A stretch of DNA of 59,279 bases, counting the filler. It is 4 parts of 4 records of this genome, joined end to end, with 100 filler letters (N's around TTAATTAATTAA, not from the genome) between each part and the next. Parts side by side here need not be neighbours in the genome. Positions count along the whole stretch, not along the records: positions 20,728 to 34,113 come from DRR378314_474; positions 34,214 to 52,989 come from DRR378314_475; 2 more parts are not named here. One strand, written 5' to 3'. Below, piece after piece: positions 33,283-42,228 of this stretch. A program made the position numbers and the translations under genes. The notes under the pieces were generated by a model that was given only the letters and a program-made list of their open reading frames with translations, had not been told where the DNA came from and did no database searches. Within the stretch, counting starts at the first letter, position 1. Every line of letters starts with the position of its first letter.

Positions 33283-33836
33283 GCTGCGCCTGCCCTACGA
33301 TACTCTGGGGCAAGCAACCCCATGATGATATCATCATACCATATGTTGCCGACGCGTGCTGATTGCCGTTCGCGGCCCTCTGCAACGAAACCGACTTTTC
33401 TGTAGGCCGCGATTGCACGGGCATTGTATTCGATCACCCGCAAGGCTATGCGGTGCAGCTTCATGGTACCAAAGCCCTGGTTCAAAAGCAGATGCAACAT
33501 CCGCGTTCCGAGCCCCTGCCCCAAGAGCGCGGGATCAAGGATGCCAAGGGCAAGGGATGCACGCCGATCACGGGTGTCGACCGTATGAAAGAACGCATCA
33601 CCAATCAGGCGGTCCTGATGATCCACCACCCAACAGTTTGGTGTCTTTATCCGCGAGGTGACCCAATCTTCAGCACTGCGTTGGGTTAGTACCGTGCAGT
33701 CATCAGAGTGAACCCCGAACATATGCGCAATCTCGGGCGACGTCCCCAAGTCAAGACGCCCTTGCACGTCACTGGCCCGCGCCTTGCGCAGGCGCAGATC
33801 TCCGTCTTCCAGAATTGGCAGGTCAGTTTGTGTCAT
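33279..33836 (-). CDS. RimJ/RimL-type GNAT acetyltransferase
   Basis: GQGLG, LHRIALRV, NARAIAAYRKVGFVAEG. Confidence 0.88.
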   Translation of the reverse strand: MTQTDLPILEDGDLRLRKARASDVQGRLDLGTSPEIAHMFGVHSDDCTVLTQRSAEDWVTSRIKTPNCWVVDHQDRLIGDAFFHTVDTRDRRASLALGILDPALLGQGLGTRMLHLLLNQGFGTMKLHRIALRVIEYNARAIAAYRKVGFVAEGRERQSARVGNIWYDDIIMGLLAPEYRRAGAA

Positions 33837-33888
33837 CGCACCACTCCTTTCTGGTTGGCGGGTTCAGGAAACACAGCAATGTAAAATA

Positions 33889-33919
33889 TAAAAAGGGACC
33901 GGTGTTTCCACCGATCCCC
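33889..33919 (-). terminator. Intrinsic terminator after rpmA
   Basis: AAAAA-GGGACCGGTG...CACCGATCCC. Confidence 0.65.
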
Positions 33920-33947
33920 CAAATTTTTCAAACCTTACGGGTACGGC

Positions 33948-34113
33948 TTATTCTGCGGCTTCCGCCATCGGGAGTACAGAAATAAACGTGCGGTTTTTCA
34001 GACCTTTGTGAAAGGTCACGGCACCGTCAACAGTTGCAAAGATCGTGTGATCCTTGCCCATGCCAACGCCGTCGGCAGGCCAGAACTTGGTGCCGCGCTG
34101 ACGCACGATGATG
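33948..34113 (-). CDS. rpmA: 50S ribosomal protein L27, 3' part (5' lost at contig end)
   Basis: Reads [37 protein letters not shown]...AAE*; not in ORF track. Confidence 0.95.
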
Positions 34114-34213
34114 NNNNNNNNNNNNNNNNNNNNNNNNNNNNNNNNNNNNNNNNNNNNTTAATTAATTAANNNNNNNNNNNNNNNNNNNNNNNNNNNNNNN
34201 NNNNNNNNNNNNN
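34114..34213. other. Artificial contig-joining spacer
   Basis: N44-TTAATTAATTAA-N44. Confidence 0.98.
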
Positions 34214-34271
34214 TAATCCTGAATTTTATATGGAGAAACATAACCCAAATGTATATAAAGGAAAAGATAAA

Positions 34272-34443
34272 ACTAATGACACCGTATAAAATTAACCAGC
34301 CCGGCAAGCTGGTCTGGCGGGTTTCATGTTCTCGCCTACTTGCGAAACTCCTCCGACGCCCAAAAGGGTGGCAGTACGGATTTTCTACCTGCCTACTGGC
34401 AGGCAGGCGCAACCAATCTTTTACAAACACATTAGCAATAAGC
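34272..34443 (+). repeat. Intergenic palindromic repeat, attC-like, family A copy 1
   Basis: Homologous to 36570-36760 (CCTC...CAAAA..GTGGCAG.ACGG.TTTTCTACC...CGCAAC...TACAAACA); outer arms CTAATG/CATTAG and GTATAAAATT/AATCTTTTAC. Confidence 0.65.
34388..34407. repeat. REP-like short palindrome CCTGCCTACTGGCAGGCAGG
   Basis: Related copies at 36672-36691 and 52974-52989. Confidence 0.65.
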
Positions 34444-34456
34444 AATAACAAAAAAA

Positions 34457-34966
34457 ATGAACCTACCGCCATTTAACATATTTCCTACCTTGTCAACGGA
34501 AAAAATAATGTTGAGAGAAATTCTGATTTCTGACATTCCAGATATTGTCGAAATTTCGTTTTATAATGCTAAACAGGCTGAGAACCTTGAACAGGCTATA
34601 GAAATGCACGAAAGAATAAATCAAGATTATCGCAATGGCAATTCTATTCATTGGGGCATTTCGCATAGAACAACAAATAAAATTATGGGAACTTGCGGAT
34701 ATTATCGAGGACTTGAAACTGGAACTGGAGAACTTGGATGTGTTTTATTACCAATGTTCCGTGGCCAAGGAATTATGACTAATGCTATGAAATTAGCAAT
34801 TGACTTTGGACTGTATAAAATAGAACTAAACCGAATTATGGCAATAACCAATAAGCAAAACCAAAGTGCGATAAAATTATTAGATCGCCTAAATTTCATA
34901 AAAGTTGATGATTTACTAAATGAAGAAGTTAAATATGAATTTAAAAGTCAATTAAAATCGAAATGA
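34457..34966 (+). CDS. RimJ/RimL-type GNAT acetyltransferase
   Basis: FPTLSTEKIMLRE, MGTCGY, ELGCVL...RGQGIMT, NQSAIKLL. Confidence 0.85.
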   Translation: MNLPPFNIFPTLSTEKIMLREILISDIPDIVEISFYNAKQAENLEQAIEMHERINQDYRNGNSIHWGISHRTTNKIMGTCGYYRGLETGTGELGCVLLPMFRGQGIMTNAMKLAIDFGLYKIELNRIMAITNKQNQSAIKLLDRLNFIKVDDLLNEEVKYEFKSQLKSK

Positions 34967-35003
34967 ACAGGAGTAAACTAAAAATGCCTACTGTTAATAA
35001 TGG

Positions 35004-35738
35004 TTATTAGTCCATGGCAGTCTGTAGGACTACAGGGTCTTTATGCCTCATCTTGACCTACTCAAGAATGACTTTCGGGTTATCACATATAGCAGGAGAT
35101 ATAATTATCCCAATAACAATGGATATAAGGAAGGTACTCCTTTTATCCCCATGACCTAGGCTAGGGATCTTGAGAGGCTTATAAATGGAATTGGAGTTGA
35201 TAAATTTCACTTAATTGGACATTCTTATGGTGGACTTATAGCTATAGCCTATGCCAATAAGCACCAGGATAAACTTAAATCACTGATAGTTTCAGAACCT
35301 CCAATGCTAAATATTAAAGGTTGCGCGGAATCCTTAAGGATTACTAATGAGAGATTAATAGAAAAGGTAGGTGCCGCTTTTAAAACCAATGACTCCACTC
35401 TAGTTATGAAGTCCATATTTGAGTTTTTTGTGGGTAAAGATATCCAAAATGACATACCTCCTGAGGCGCTTAATACACTTAAAGCGAATTTAATTGAAAT
35501 GAAAGCATTATTGAGTTCTGAAAATCCCTTCCCAAATTTTAATACCGAGTTTGATTTACCTGTGATGATATTTACCTCTGAACACACAATGCCTATTTTG
35601 AGGTGCACTAATGAGATCCTTATTGGCAATATGCCAAACGCCAAACATGTTCATATATCAGATTCTACGCATGATATGTGGATGAGTCAACCTGAAATAA
35701 TGTCCAATCACGTTAGAAGTTTTATTTCACAGCAATAA
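35004..35738 (+). pseudogene. Alpha/beta hydrolase pseudogene (5'-truncated, two in-frame TAG)
   Basis: One frame reads LLVHGSL*DYRVFMPHL...RVITYSRRY...MT*ARDL...IGHSYGG...STHDMW; stops at 35025 and 35157. Confidence 0.8.
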
Positions 35739-35801
35739 ACGGGGCCAAAAAGTTGATGGTAAGTATAAAATACGTTTTACAACTATTGGCAGTTATATAA
35801 C

Positions 35802-36008
35802 CTAATCCCAATCGGAATCTTCCAAAGTAAAGATTTCGCTGATTTCAACTTCAAAAATCTGTGCTAACCTCAATGCTAAAACTGTTGATGGAACATATTT
35901 TCCTAGTTCCATTGCATTAATGGTTTGTCTACTAACTTTTGCCAGGTTCGCTAATTCAGCTTGAGTAATATTCTTTTTTGCTCTTTCGACTTTAATATTA
36001 TTCTTCAT
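35802..36008 (-). CDS. XRE/Cro-family HTH transcriptional regulator
   Basis: ITQAELA..VSRQTINAMELGKYVPS..LALRLA. Confidence 0.92.
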   Translation of the reverse strand: MKNNIKVERAKKNITQAELANLAKVSRQTINAMELGKYVPSTVLALRLAQIFEVEISEIFTLEDSDWD

Positions 36009-36474
36009 AATTAGCTGATTTTTTAAGTTTGGAAATTTGCCAATTAAATCTGATTATAAAAAACAATAAAACTGTGAACATATTGAATATCATAACCCAT
36101 AAAAAGGAAAAATCAAAAACAAACAAAATCGAAAATAAAAGAATTCCGTAGTTGAAATAAACAGCCCAAACCAAGGACTCCAATCTTATTTTAGATATAT
36201 ATTCATCTTCTGATTTTTCTTTGGAAAAAGCGACAAATAAAGAACTGATAATAATTAAAATCCCGAAAATTTCATTCAGAATATTATTATTGACCATTCC
36301 GAATAATTTTTTATCTGTAAAAAAGTCATCTATAAAAATAGCAGGGACATTGACACCTAAAAAACTTGGTTCATATTCGTAAATAAGTGTTACCAACCCA
36401 ACAATAGCAGATGGAATAAGAATAAGCCAACCGATTCTTTTGAACTTATTCGGAAATAAATAATTTGTTTTCAT
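35998..36474 (-). CDS. Membrane protein paired with XRE regulator
   Basis: Four TMs, FSKEKSEDEYISKIRLESL motif; overlaps regulator start; start MKTNY. Confidence 0.8.
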   Translation of the reverse strand: MKTNYLFPNKFKRIGWLILIPSAIVGLVTLIYEYEPSFLGVNVPAIFIDDFFTDKKLFGMVNNNILNEIFGILIIISSLFVAFSKEKSEDEYISKIRLESLVWAVYFNYGILLFSILFVFDFSFLWVMIFNMFTVLLFFIIRFNWQISKLKKSANYEE

Positions 36475-36500
36475 ATTACATAGATTTAATTTTAAACAAA

Positions 36501-36563
36501 TGTAAAACAAATAAAACTATTTGACAAATAAACTTTACATTTAGTAAAACAAACACTACGAAA
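36501..36563. promoter_or_regulatory. Three 21-nt-period operator-like repeats upstream of the membrane protein/XRE pair
   Basis: TGTAAAACAAATAAAACTATT / TGACAAATAAACTTTACATTT / AGTAAAACAAACACTACGAAA at 36501, 36522, 36543. Confidence 0.5.
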
Positions 36564-36567
36564 ATGC

Positions 36568-36761
36568 CTTATATAAATATTCAGCCCTATAAGCCGGTCT
36601 AGCGAATTGCTAGTTATAGACCCCTTTCGATGATCCTCTTAGGCGCAAAAACGTGGCAGGACGGTTTTCTACCACCTTACCGGCAGGCAAGTTAGGTTTG
36701 TATTTATTAATTTAGTAGCTGAAACACGCAACTATCTATATACAAACAGTTTGTGTATCAT
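36568..36761 (+). repeat. Intergenic palindromic repeat, attC-like, family A copy 2
   Basis: Aligns by eye with 34340-34440; ends CGCAACTATCTATATACAAACAGTTTGTGTATCAT. Confidence 0.65.
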
Positions 36762-36781
36762 AAAAAAATATTAAAGAACTT

Positions 36782-37561
36782 TTGAAGATCATCGAATCCA
36801 TAGCAAACGATTTTTATCACTCATTTTACGAAAAGGAATGGAATGGTGAGGAAACCTTAGTACGAAATCTTTCAATTAAAGAAGCTTATAAAGTACAGGA
36901 CTTGGTAACGAAAAGAAGAATCGAATCTGGAGAAACTGTGGCAGGATTTAAAGTAGGATGCACAAGCAGTTCGATTAGGAGACAGTTTGGTTTAAGTGAG
37001 CCGATTAATGGAAAGCTATTTTACCCACACACTACAGAAAATCAAGTAAATATTGATTGGAGCAATTACATTAACTGTGCTATTGAACCAGAAATGGTCT
37101 TTAGGATCGGAAAAAATCTTGAAGGGAAAAACCTTTCTGATAAGGATCTAATAAGTGCTATTGACTATATCAGCCCTGGAATTGAAATCCATGAATTCAA
37201 TTTTTGGATTAAACCACCGACCATTCAAGAACTAATTTGTACAGGAGGCATTCATACTGGACTTATTATAGGAAGCCAAAGAGTTTCCCCTGAAGGTTTA
37301 CAATTCAAAGATGAGAAGTTTGCGGTTTATAAGAATAATTCCTTCATAATGTCTGCACCTGCATCAGAGATTATGGGAGGTCCTCTTCACTCATTAAGAT
37401 GGTTGGTAAATTTTCTAACTGATAAAGGCTTGTCTTTAGAAAAAGGAAACTTGGTAATCCCAGGCTCTCCTGTTGAACTCGTAAATATTGATCAGGATAC
37501 CGAGTTGAAAGTTGTGATTGATAATGTAGGAAGTGTAACTGCTAATTTTAAGAAAAAATAA
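36782..37561 (+). CDS. 2-keto-4-pentenoate hydratase / FAH-family protein
   Basis: AYKVQ, GFKVGCTS, EPI.G.L, IEPEMVF, MGGPL.SL.WL, VIPGS; TTG start. Confidence 0.85.
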   Translation: MKIIESIANDFYHSFYEKEWNGEETLVRNLSIKEAYKVQDLVTKRRIESGETVAGFKVGCTSSSIRRQFGLSEPINGKLFYPHTTENQVNIDWSNYINCAIEPEMVFRIGKNLEGKNLSDKDLISAIDYISPGIEIHEFNFWIKPPTIQELICTGGIHTGLIIGSQRVSPEGLQFKDEKFAVYKNNSFIMSAPASEIMGGPLHSLRWLVNFLTDKGLSLEKGNLVIPGSPVELVNIDQDTELKVVIDNVGSVTANFKKK

Positions 37562-37714
37562 CCGAAATAGTTGGATAGAAGAGTTCTCATATTTTATTTG
37601 AATATGTCGTGATTAAAAACAACGCTGCACCACACTTCTTTAAATTTCATAGCCACCCTTTGGGATGGCAAAAATATTTAACCTAACCGCTAGAGTGCAC
37701 TTAGAGTCAATATA

Positions 37715-38293
37715 ATGAAAAACAAGTACTATCATACCAAAGAATCAGTAGAAGAATACATTAAGCTGGCAAAAGATGTGGACAGTCGGGAATTAATAGA
37801 GAAGTTTAAACGCGTCTTACCTAAAGAATCGCTAGTATTAGAAATTGGCTCCGGTCCGGGAACAGATTGGAAAATCCTAAGTACAATATTCCGAGTGGTT
37901 GGATCAGACAGCTCGACATTATTTATAGAATATCTCCGAAATAATTATCCTGGTGGCGAATTCATTGTATTGGACGCAATTACACTCGACACTCAAATAA
38001 AATTTGATGGAATATATTCAAATAAGGTATTGCATCATTTAAAGGATAGCGAATTAGTAGAATCAATTGCCAGGCAATATTCAATAGTAAACCCGAGCGG
38101 GATTGTTTGCCATTCATTCTGGAAAGGGAAAGGCTCTGAAGTTTTTAAGGGCATGTTTGTTAATTATCAAACCGAAGAAACCCTTAAAGAAATGTTTGAA
38201 GATTACTTTGAAATCTTATCTATAGAACAATATAAAGAATTTGAAGAATCAGATTCCCTTGTATTGATAGGCCGGAAAAGAAACGCACTTTAA
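37715..38293 (+). CDS. Class I SAM-dependent methyltransferase
   Basis: VLEIGSGPG, FDGIYSNKVLHH. Confidence 0.88.
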   Translation: MKNKYYHTKESVEEYIKLAKDVDSRELIEKFKRVLPKESLVLEIGSGPGTDWKILSTIFRVVGSDSSTLFIEYLRNNYPGGEFIVLDAITLDTQIKFDGIYSNKVLHHLKDSELVESIARQYSIVNPSGIVCHSFWKGKGSEVFKGMFVNYQTEETLKEMFEDYFEILSIEQYKEFEESDSLVLIGRKRNAL

Positions 38294-38390
38294 CATAGGC
38301 TCTAGTCCTTGGCACTAATGACTAAGCCTAAACTTTGTATATTTAAGAAACTCCTGGTCAAGATAGGCAGTTAGCTATAATAAGAACAAA

Positions 38391-38993
38391 ATGAATATTG
38401 CATACATACTATTTGACGAAATAACACTTTTGGATTTTATTGGATTTTATGACCCCATAAAAAACATGAAAACCAAAGGGTTTATTAAAAATCTGAATTG
38501 GGACCTATGTGCAACCAAAAAATCGATAAAGGATAGTTTTGGACTAGAAATTATTGTTGATAAAATTAAACCTGATTTGTCAGATTATGATATGATAGTT
38601 GTGCCTGGTGGATATGGAACAAGAAATCTTCAATACAATACTGATTTCATTGAATGGTTAAAAACTGGAAAAAATGTTGAATATGTAGTTTCAATTTGTA
38701 CAGGAAGTTTATTGATTGGAGCCGCTGGGTTTTTAGAAAACAAAACTGCTACGACTAATTTTAATGAATATAAATCATTGGAAAAGTATTGTAAAAAGGT
38801 TGTCCATGAAAGAATAGTGGATGACCAAAATACCATAACAGCCGGAGCAGTTGCGTCCTCATTGGATTTGGGATTATACATCTCTGAAAAACTTATCGGA
38901 AAAGAAAAAACAGAAGAAATACGAATTGGTATGGACTATCATCCAGAAAAATTTGAAATACTTACTGTAGCAAAAAATGGCAGTATCAAATAG
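38391..38993 (+). CDS. DJ-1/PfpI family protein
   Basis: TLLDFIG, VPGGYG, SICTGS, ITAGAVAS. Confidence 0.9.
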   Translation: MNIAYILFDEITLLDFIGFYDPIKNMKTKGFIKNLNWDLCATKKSIKDSFGLEIIVDKIKPDLSDYDMIVVPGGYGTRNLQYNTDFIEWLKTGKNVEYVVSICTGSLLIGAAGFLENKTATTNFNEYKSLEKYCKKVVHERIVDDQNTITAGAVASSLDLGLYISEKLIGKEKTEEIRIGMDYHPEKFEILTVAKNGSIK

Positions 38994-39066
38994 GGCATTC
39001 GGTGGATCACGAAAGTTTATCGCCTTCTTTTTCCCTACTTGCCAAATAATAAACACAGTGTCCAAT
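38961..39066 (+). repeat. Intergenic palindromic repeat, attC-like, family B (short copy)
   Basis: CAAATAGGGCATTCGGTGGATCACGAAAGTTTATCG...CCCTACTTGCCA matches the minus strand of 57880-58085. Confidence 0.75.
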
Positions 39067-39091
39067 AACTGAACTATTAAAAAGTTAAAAA

Positions 39092-40069
39092 ATGAAGGCT
39101 GCAATACGAAGGAAATATTGTTTTCCAAATCAAATAAAAATTGAAAATATTGATAAACCAATTCCCAATGAAGGTGAAATATTAATTAAGGTTTATGCCA
39201 CTACAGTGAACAGGACAGATTGTGCCAATCTAACAGCTAAACCTTTTATAATGAGATTTGTACTAGGATTATTCAGGCCAAGAAAAACAATATTGGGGAC
39301 AGATTTTGCAGGTGAGGTTGTATCGGAAAGTGAAAAATATAATTTAGGTGAGAAAGTATTTGGGTTTACTGATACAGGTTCAGAATCGCAAGCAGAATAT
39401 ATGATAGTGAAAGAGGATGAACTATTTCCTATCCCTGAAAAAATAGATTATAAACAAGCGGCCTCCAGTCTGGAAGGAGCTCATTATGCCTATACTTTCA
39501 TACATAAAGTAGATATCAAGGACGGGCAAAAAATATTGATAAATGGGGCAACTGGCGGAATTGGTTCAGCTCTTCTACAATTTGTAAGACAATACAATGT
39601 CCAAATTACAACTACGTGCAATACAAAAAATATCGAGCTAATAAGATCATTAGGTGCCGATAAAATTATTGATTATACCAAAGAAGATTTTACAAATGAT
39701 AATGATAAGTATGATTTTATATTTGATGCGGTTGGTAAAAGTACTTTTGCAAAATGTAAACCATTACTAAAAGAAAAGGGAATTTATATATCTTCCGAAC
39801 TTGGACCTTATTCTCAAAATATACTTTATGCAATTACCTCCTTTTTTACCAATCAAAAGGTGATTTTTCCAATACCCTATGACAAGAAGAAAACGATTCC
39901 CTTTATAAGGAATCTGTTGAAAGAAGGTAAGTTCAAACCAGTGATCGATAGAGAATATGAAATAGAGGATATCACTAAAGCGTATGAATATGTAATGCAG
40001 GGACAGAAAACGGGAAACGTAGTAATTAATATTTATAATACAAATCTAAAGGCGACAGTCAGGGTTTAA
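39092..40069 (+). CDS. NAD(P)-dependent MDR-family oxidoreductase
   Basis: ILGTDFAGEV, LINGATGGIG, PVIDREY, KTGNVVI. Confidence 0.9.
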   Translation: MKAAIRRKYCFPNQIKIENIDKPIPNEGEILIKVYATTVNRTDCANLTAKPFIMRFVLGLFRPRKTILGTDFAGEVVSESEKYNLGEKVFGFTDTGSESQAEYMIVKEDELFPIPEKIDYKQAASSLEGAHYAYTFIHKVDIKDGQKILINGATGGIGSALLQFVRQYNVQITTTCNTKNIELIRSLGADKIIDYTKEDFTNDNDKYDFIFDAVGKSTFAKCKPLLKEKGIYISSELGPYSQNILYAITSFFTNQKVIFPIPYDKKKTIPFIRNLLKEGKFKPVIDREYEIEDITKAYEYVMQGQKTGNVVINIYNTNLKATVRV

Positions 40070-40379
40070 TCTCTATTATAAAGTAATTTAGGCCCTATAA
40101 TAGCCGATGTTCTGGTTATGGATTATTGGATAGATTTGTAATACTGCAACAAAGCCTTGAGGGCTGTTGAATTGTTCGTGGATTTTCCACTAGAAAATCA
40201 CGACAATTAACTAACTTTATTATAACGGGAAAATCCCACCGAATTCACCCCCAACTATTTATATAAAAAAAGTTATTTGATAAAGGTGCAGGTAATACGT
40301 TCTACAATTGGACGGAGATAAGCAAAATCTACAGGCTAAAGCGGCAAAGAGAATCAATGAAAAACTAAAGAGAATTCCT

Positions 40380-40829
40380 ATGAAAAAAGAAGCGCTTAAT
40401 TGGTTGGGTGAGTTGGCCATAATTCACGCTACGGGTAACGATACAAACGGCAAATATTGTATTGTTGAGCTTTATGCTACAAAAGAAGGCAGTCCCCCGT
40501 GGCATGTTCACCATAGGGAGGATGAAGGTTTTTATGTAATTGACGGTGAGTTGACCTTGTACGTTGGTGATAAAAGTTATAAGGCCAAAAACGGAGATTA
40601 TTTATTGGCCCCAAAAGACATACCGCATACTTATACAGTAGATTCCCCAGGACATGCAAGAATATTAATGATTTGTTCGCCTGCAGGATTTGAAGATTGC
40701 GTTCGTGCAATGAGCACTCCGGCCACATCACTTGTTCCCCCCGAACCGGAAAATGCGGAAACCGACTTTGGGAAAATTATGAATATAGCAGCTGAATATG
40801 GCGTTGAGTTTGTAGAGGCTCCTGTATAA
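40380..40829 (+). CDS. Cupin-domain protein (quercetin 2,3-dioxygenase-like)
   Basis: PPWHVHHREDEGFYVIDGEL and PKDIPHTY cupin motifs; start at MKKEAL uncertain. Confidence 0.8.
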   Translation: MKKEALNWLGELAIIHATGNDTNGKYCIVELYATKEGSPPWHVHHREDEGFYVIDGELTLYVGDKSYKAKNGDYLLAPKDIPHTYTVDSPGHARILMICSPAGFEDCVRAMSTPATSLVPPEPENAETDFGKIMNIAAEYGVEFVEAPV

Positions 40830-40883
40830 TAAATAGTACCAAAACACTTTAATTGGAATATTAATTTTGAAAAAACGCATAAG

Positions 40884-41609
40884 ATGAAAATTTGTGCAGC
40901 ACAGACAAAATCTGAAAAAGGGAATATAAAGGCCAATATCGAAAACCATTTGAAATGGATTGAACTTGCCGTCTCCGAAAAAACAGACTTGATCGTTTTC
41001 CCTGAATTATCCTTGTTAAATTATGAACCGGAAATCGCAAAGGATTTTGCGACTGATCAAAATGATTTGAGATTGGAGGTGTTTCAAGCAATTAGCGACA
41101 CGAAAAGTATTACAATTGGAGTTGGTATGCCTACCAAAACGGAATCCGGAATTTTAATTAGCACCCTTATTTTTCAACCAAACCTGCCACGACAAACTTA
41201 TTCCAAGCAAATTCTGCATCCGGACGAAAAGCCGTACTTTATTGAAGGGAGCGAACAGACTATTTTGTCTATTAAGGACTCGAAAATTGCCCTTGCCATT
41301 TGTTACGAGTCATTACAGCCCGAACATTCCAAAAATGCACATGGAATGGGAGCAGAGGTTTATTTGGCCAGCGTAGCAAAATCACAAGCGGGAATGGAAA
41401 AAGCGAACACGGACTATCCAAAAATAGCGAACAAATATTCAATGCCAGTTTTAATGGCCAACTGCATCGGGTTTTGCAACAACACCCTAAGTGCCGGACA
41501 AACATCAGTTTGGGACGCTAATGGAATTTTAATCGGACAACTCGATAGTCAAAGCGAGGGATTGTTGATCTATGATACGGTATCAAAATCAACCTATTCT
41601 TTAAACTAA
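40884..41609 (+). CDS. Carbon-nitrogen hydrolase (nitrilase superfamily)
   Basis: FPELS, YSKQ.LH.DE, ICYES giving the E-K-C triad. Confidence 0.9.
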   Translation: MKICAAQTKSEKGNIKANIENHLKWIELAVSEKTDLIVFPELSLLNYEPEIAKDFATDQNDLRLEVFQAISDTKSITIGVGMPTKTESGILISTLIFQPNLPRQTYSKQILHPDEKPYFIEGSEQTILSIKDSKIALAICYESLQPEHSKNAHGMGAEVYLASVAKSQAGMEKANTDYPKIANKYSMPVLMANCIGFCNNTLSAGQTSVWDANGILIGQLDSQSEGLLIYDTVSKSTYSLN

Positions 41610-41799
41610 GTTTCATAGACTTTCCAATCAAATCAATAAGCCTAAACCAGAATGTAAAAAATATACTTTTAATTCCCATAATTCGTCAGAATAGCGCAGG
41701 TTACTCCCTATTTAATATATTCGGACAAAACCGTAACTTACTTCCATATTAATATTAGACCGAAGTTGTTGGCGAACAGCGACATAACAAACGAATAAA

Positions 41800-42228
41800 A
41801 TGGGGGAACTGAAAGTAAAAACAAACCCTAAAGTAGATGCAGTCTTTGCCAACTATCCCGACTTTGTTCGGGATAAGATGCAAGCGTTACGGGAATTGGT
41901 CCTTGAAACAGCGGAAGAAACCGAAGGAGTTTACCAATTGGAAGAAACCCTAAAATGGGGAGAACCAAGTTTTGTAACCAAAGATGGTAGTACCTTGCGA
42001 ATGGACTGGAAAGAAAAAACACCCGACCAGTACGCTATGTATTTTCATTGCTCAAGTAGACTGGTAGATATATTTAGATTGGTTTTCAACCACAAATTTC
42101 AATACGAAGGTAAACGGGCCATAGTTTTTAAATTAAATCAGAAAATTCCAAAAGCTGAATTGAAGGAATGTATTAAAGCTACATTGACCTATCATAAAGT
42201 AAAACAATTGATTACATTGGGAATTTGA
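41800..42228 (+). CDS. DUF1801 (YdhG-like) protein
   Basis: LRELV, EETLKWGEPSF, GSTLRMDWK, EGKRAI. Confidence 0.85.
   Translation: MGELKVKTNPKVDAVFANYPDFVRDKMQALRELVLETAEETEGVYQLEETLKWGEPSFVTKDGSTLRMDWKEKTPDQYAMYFHCSSRLVDIFRLVFNHKFQYEGKRAIVFKLNQKIPKAELKECIKATLTYHKVKQLITLGI

Noticed and set aside
32684-33424. N-terminal 247 aa of the 427-aa ORF as a fusion protein
   Set aside because: Overlaps the LysE and GNAT genes in another frame; the real GNAT starts at 32683 with an RBS
34249-34476. 75-aa ORF (and opposite-strand 34158-34472)
   Set aside because: Lies across the family A repeat; no protein-like features
35001-35018. Similarity of TAGTCCATGGC to TAGTCCTTGGC at ~38303 as a repeat copy
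   Set aside because: The 35004-35018 bases encode LLVHG of the hydrolase remnant; the match may be chance
35025-35159. TAG recoding suggested by two in-frame TAGs in the hydrolase
   Set aside because: Other genes in the contig end normally in TAG (38993, 50030) and the gene is also 5'-truncated, so it is a pseudogene
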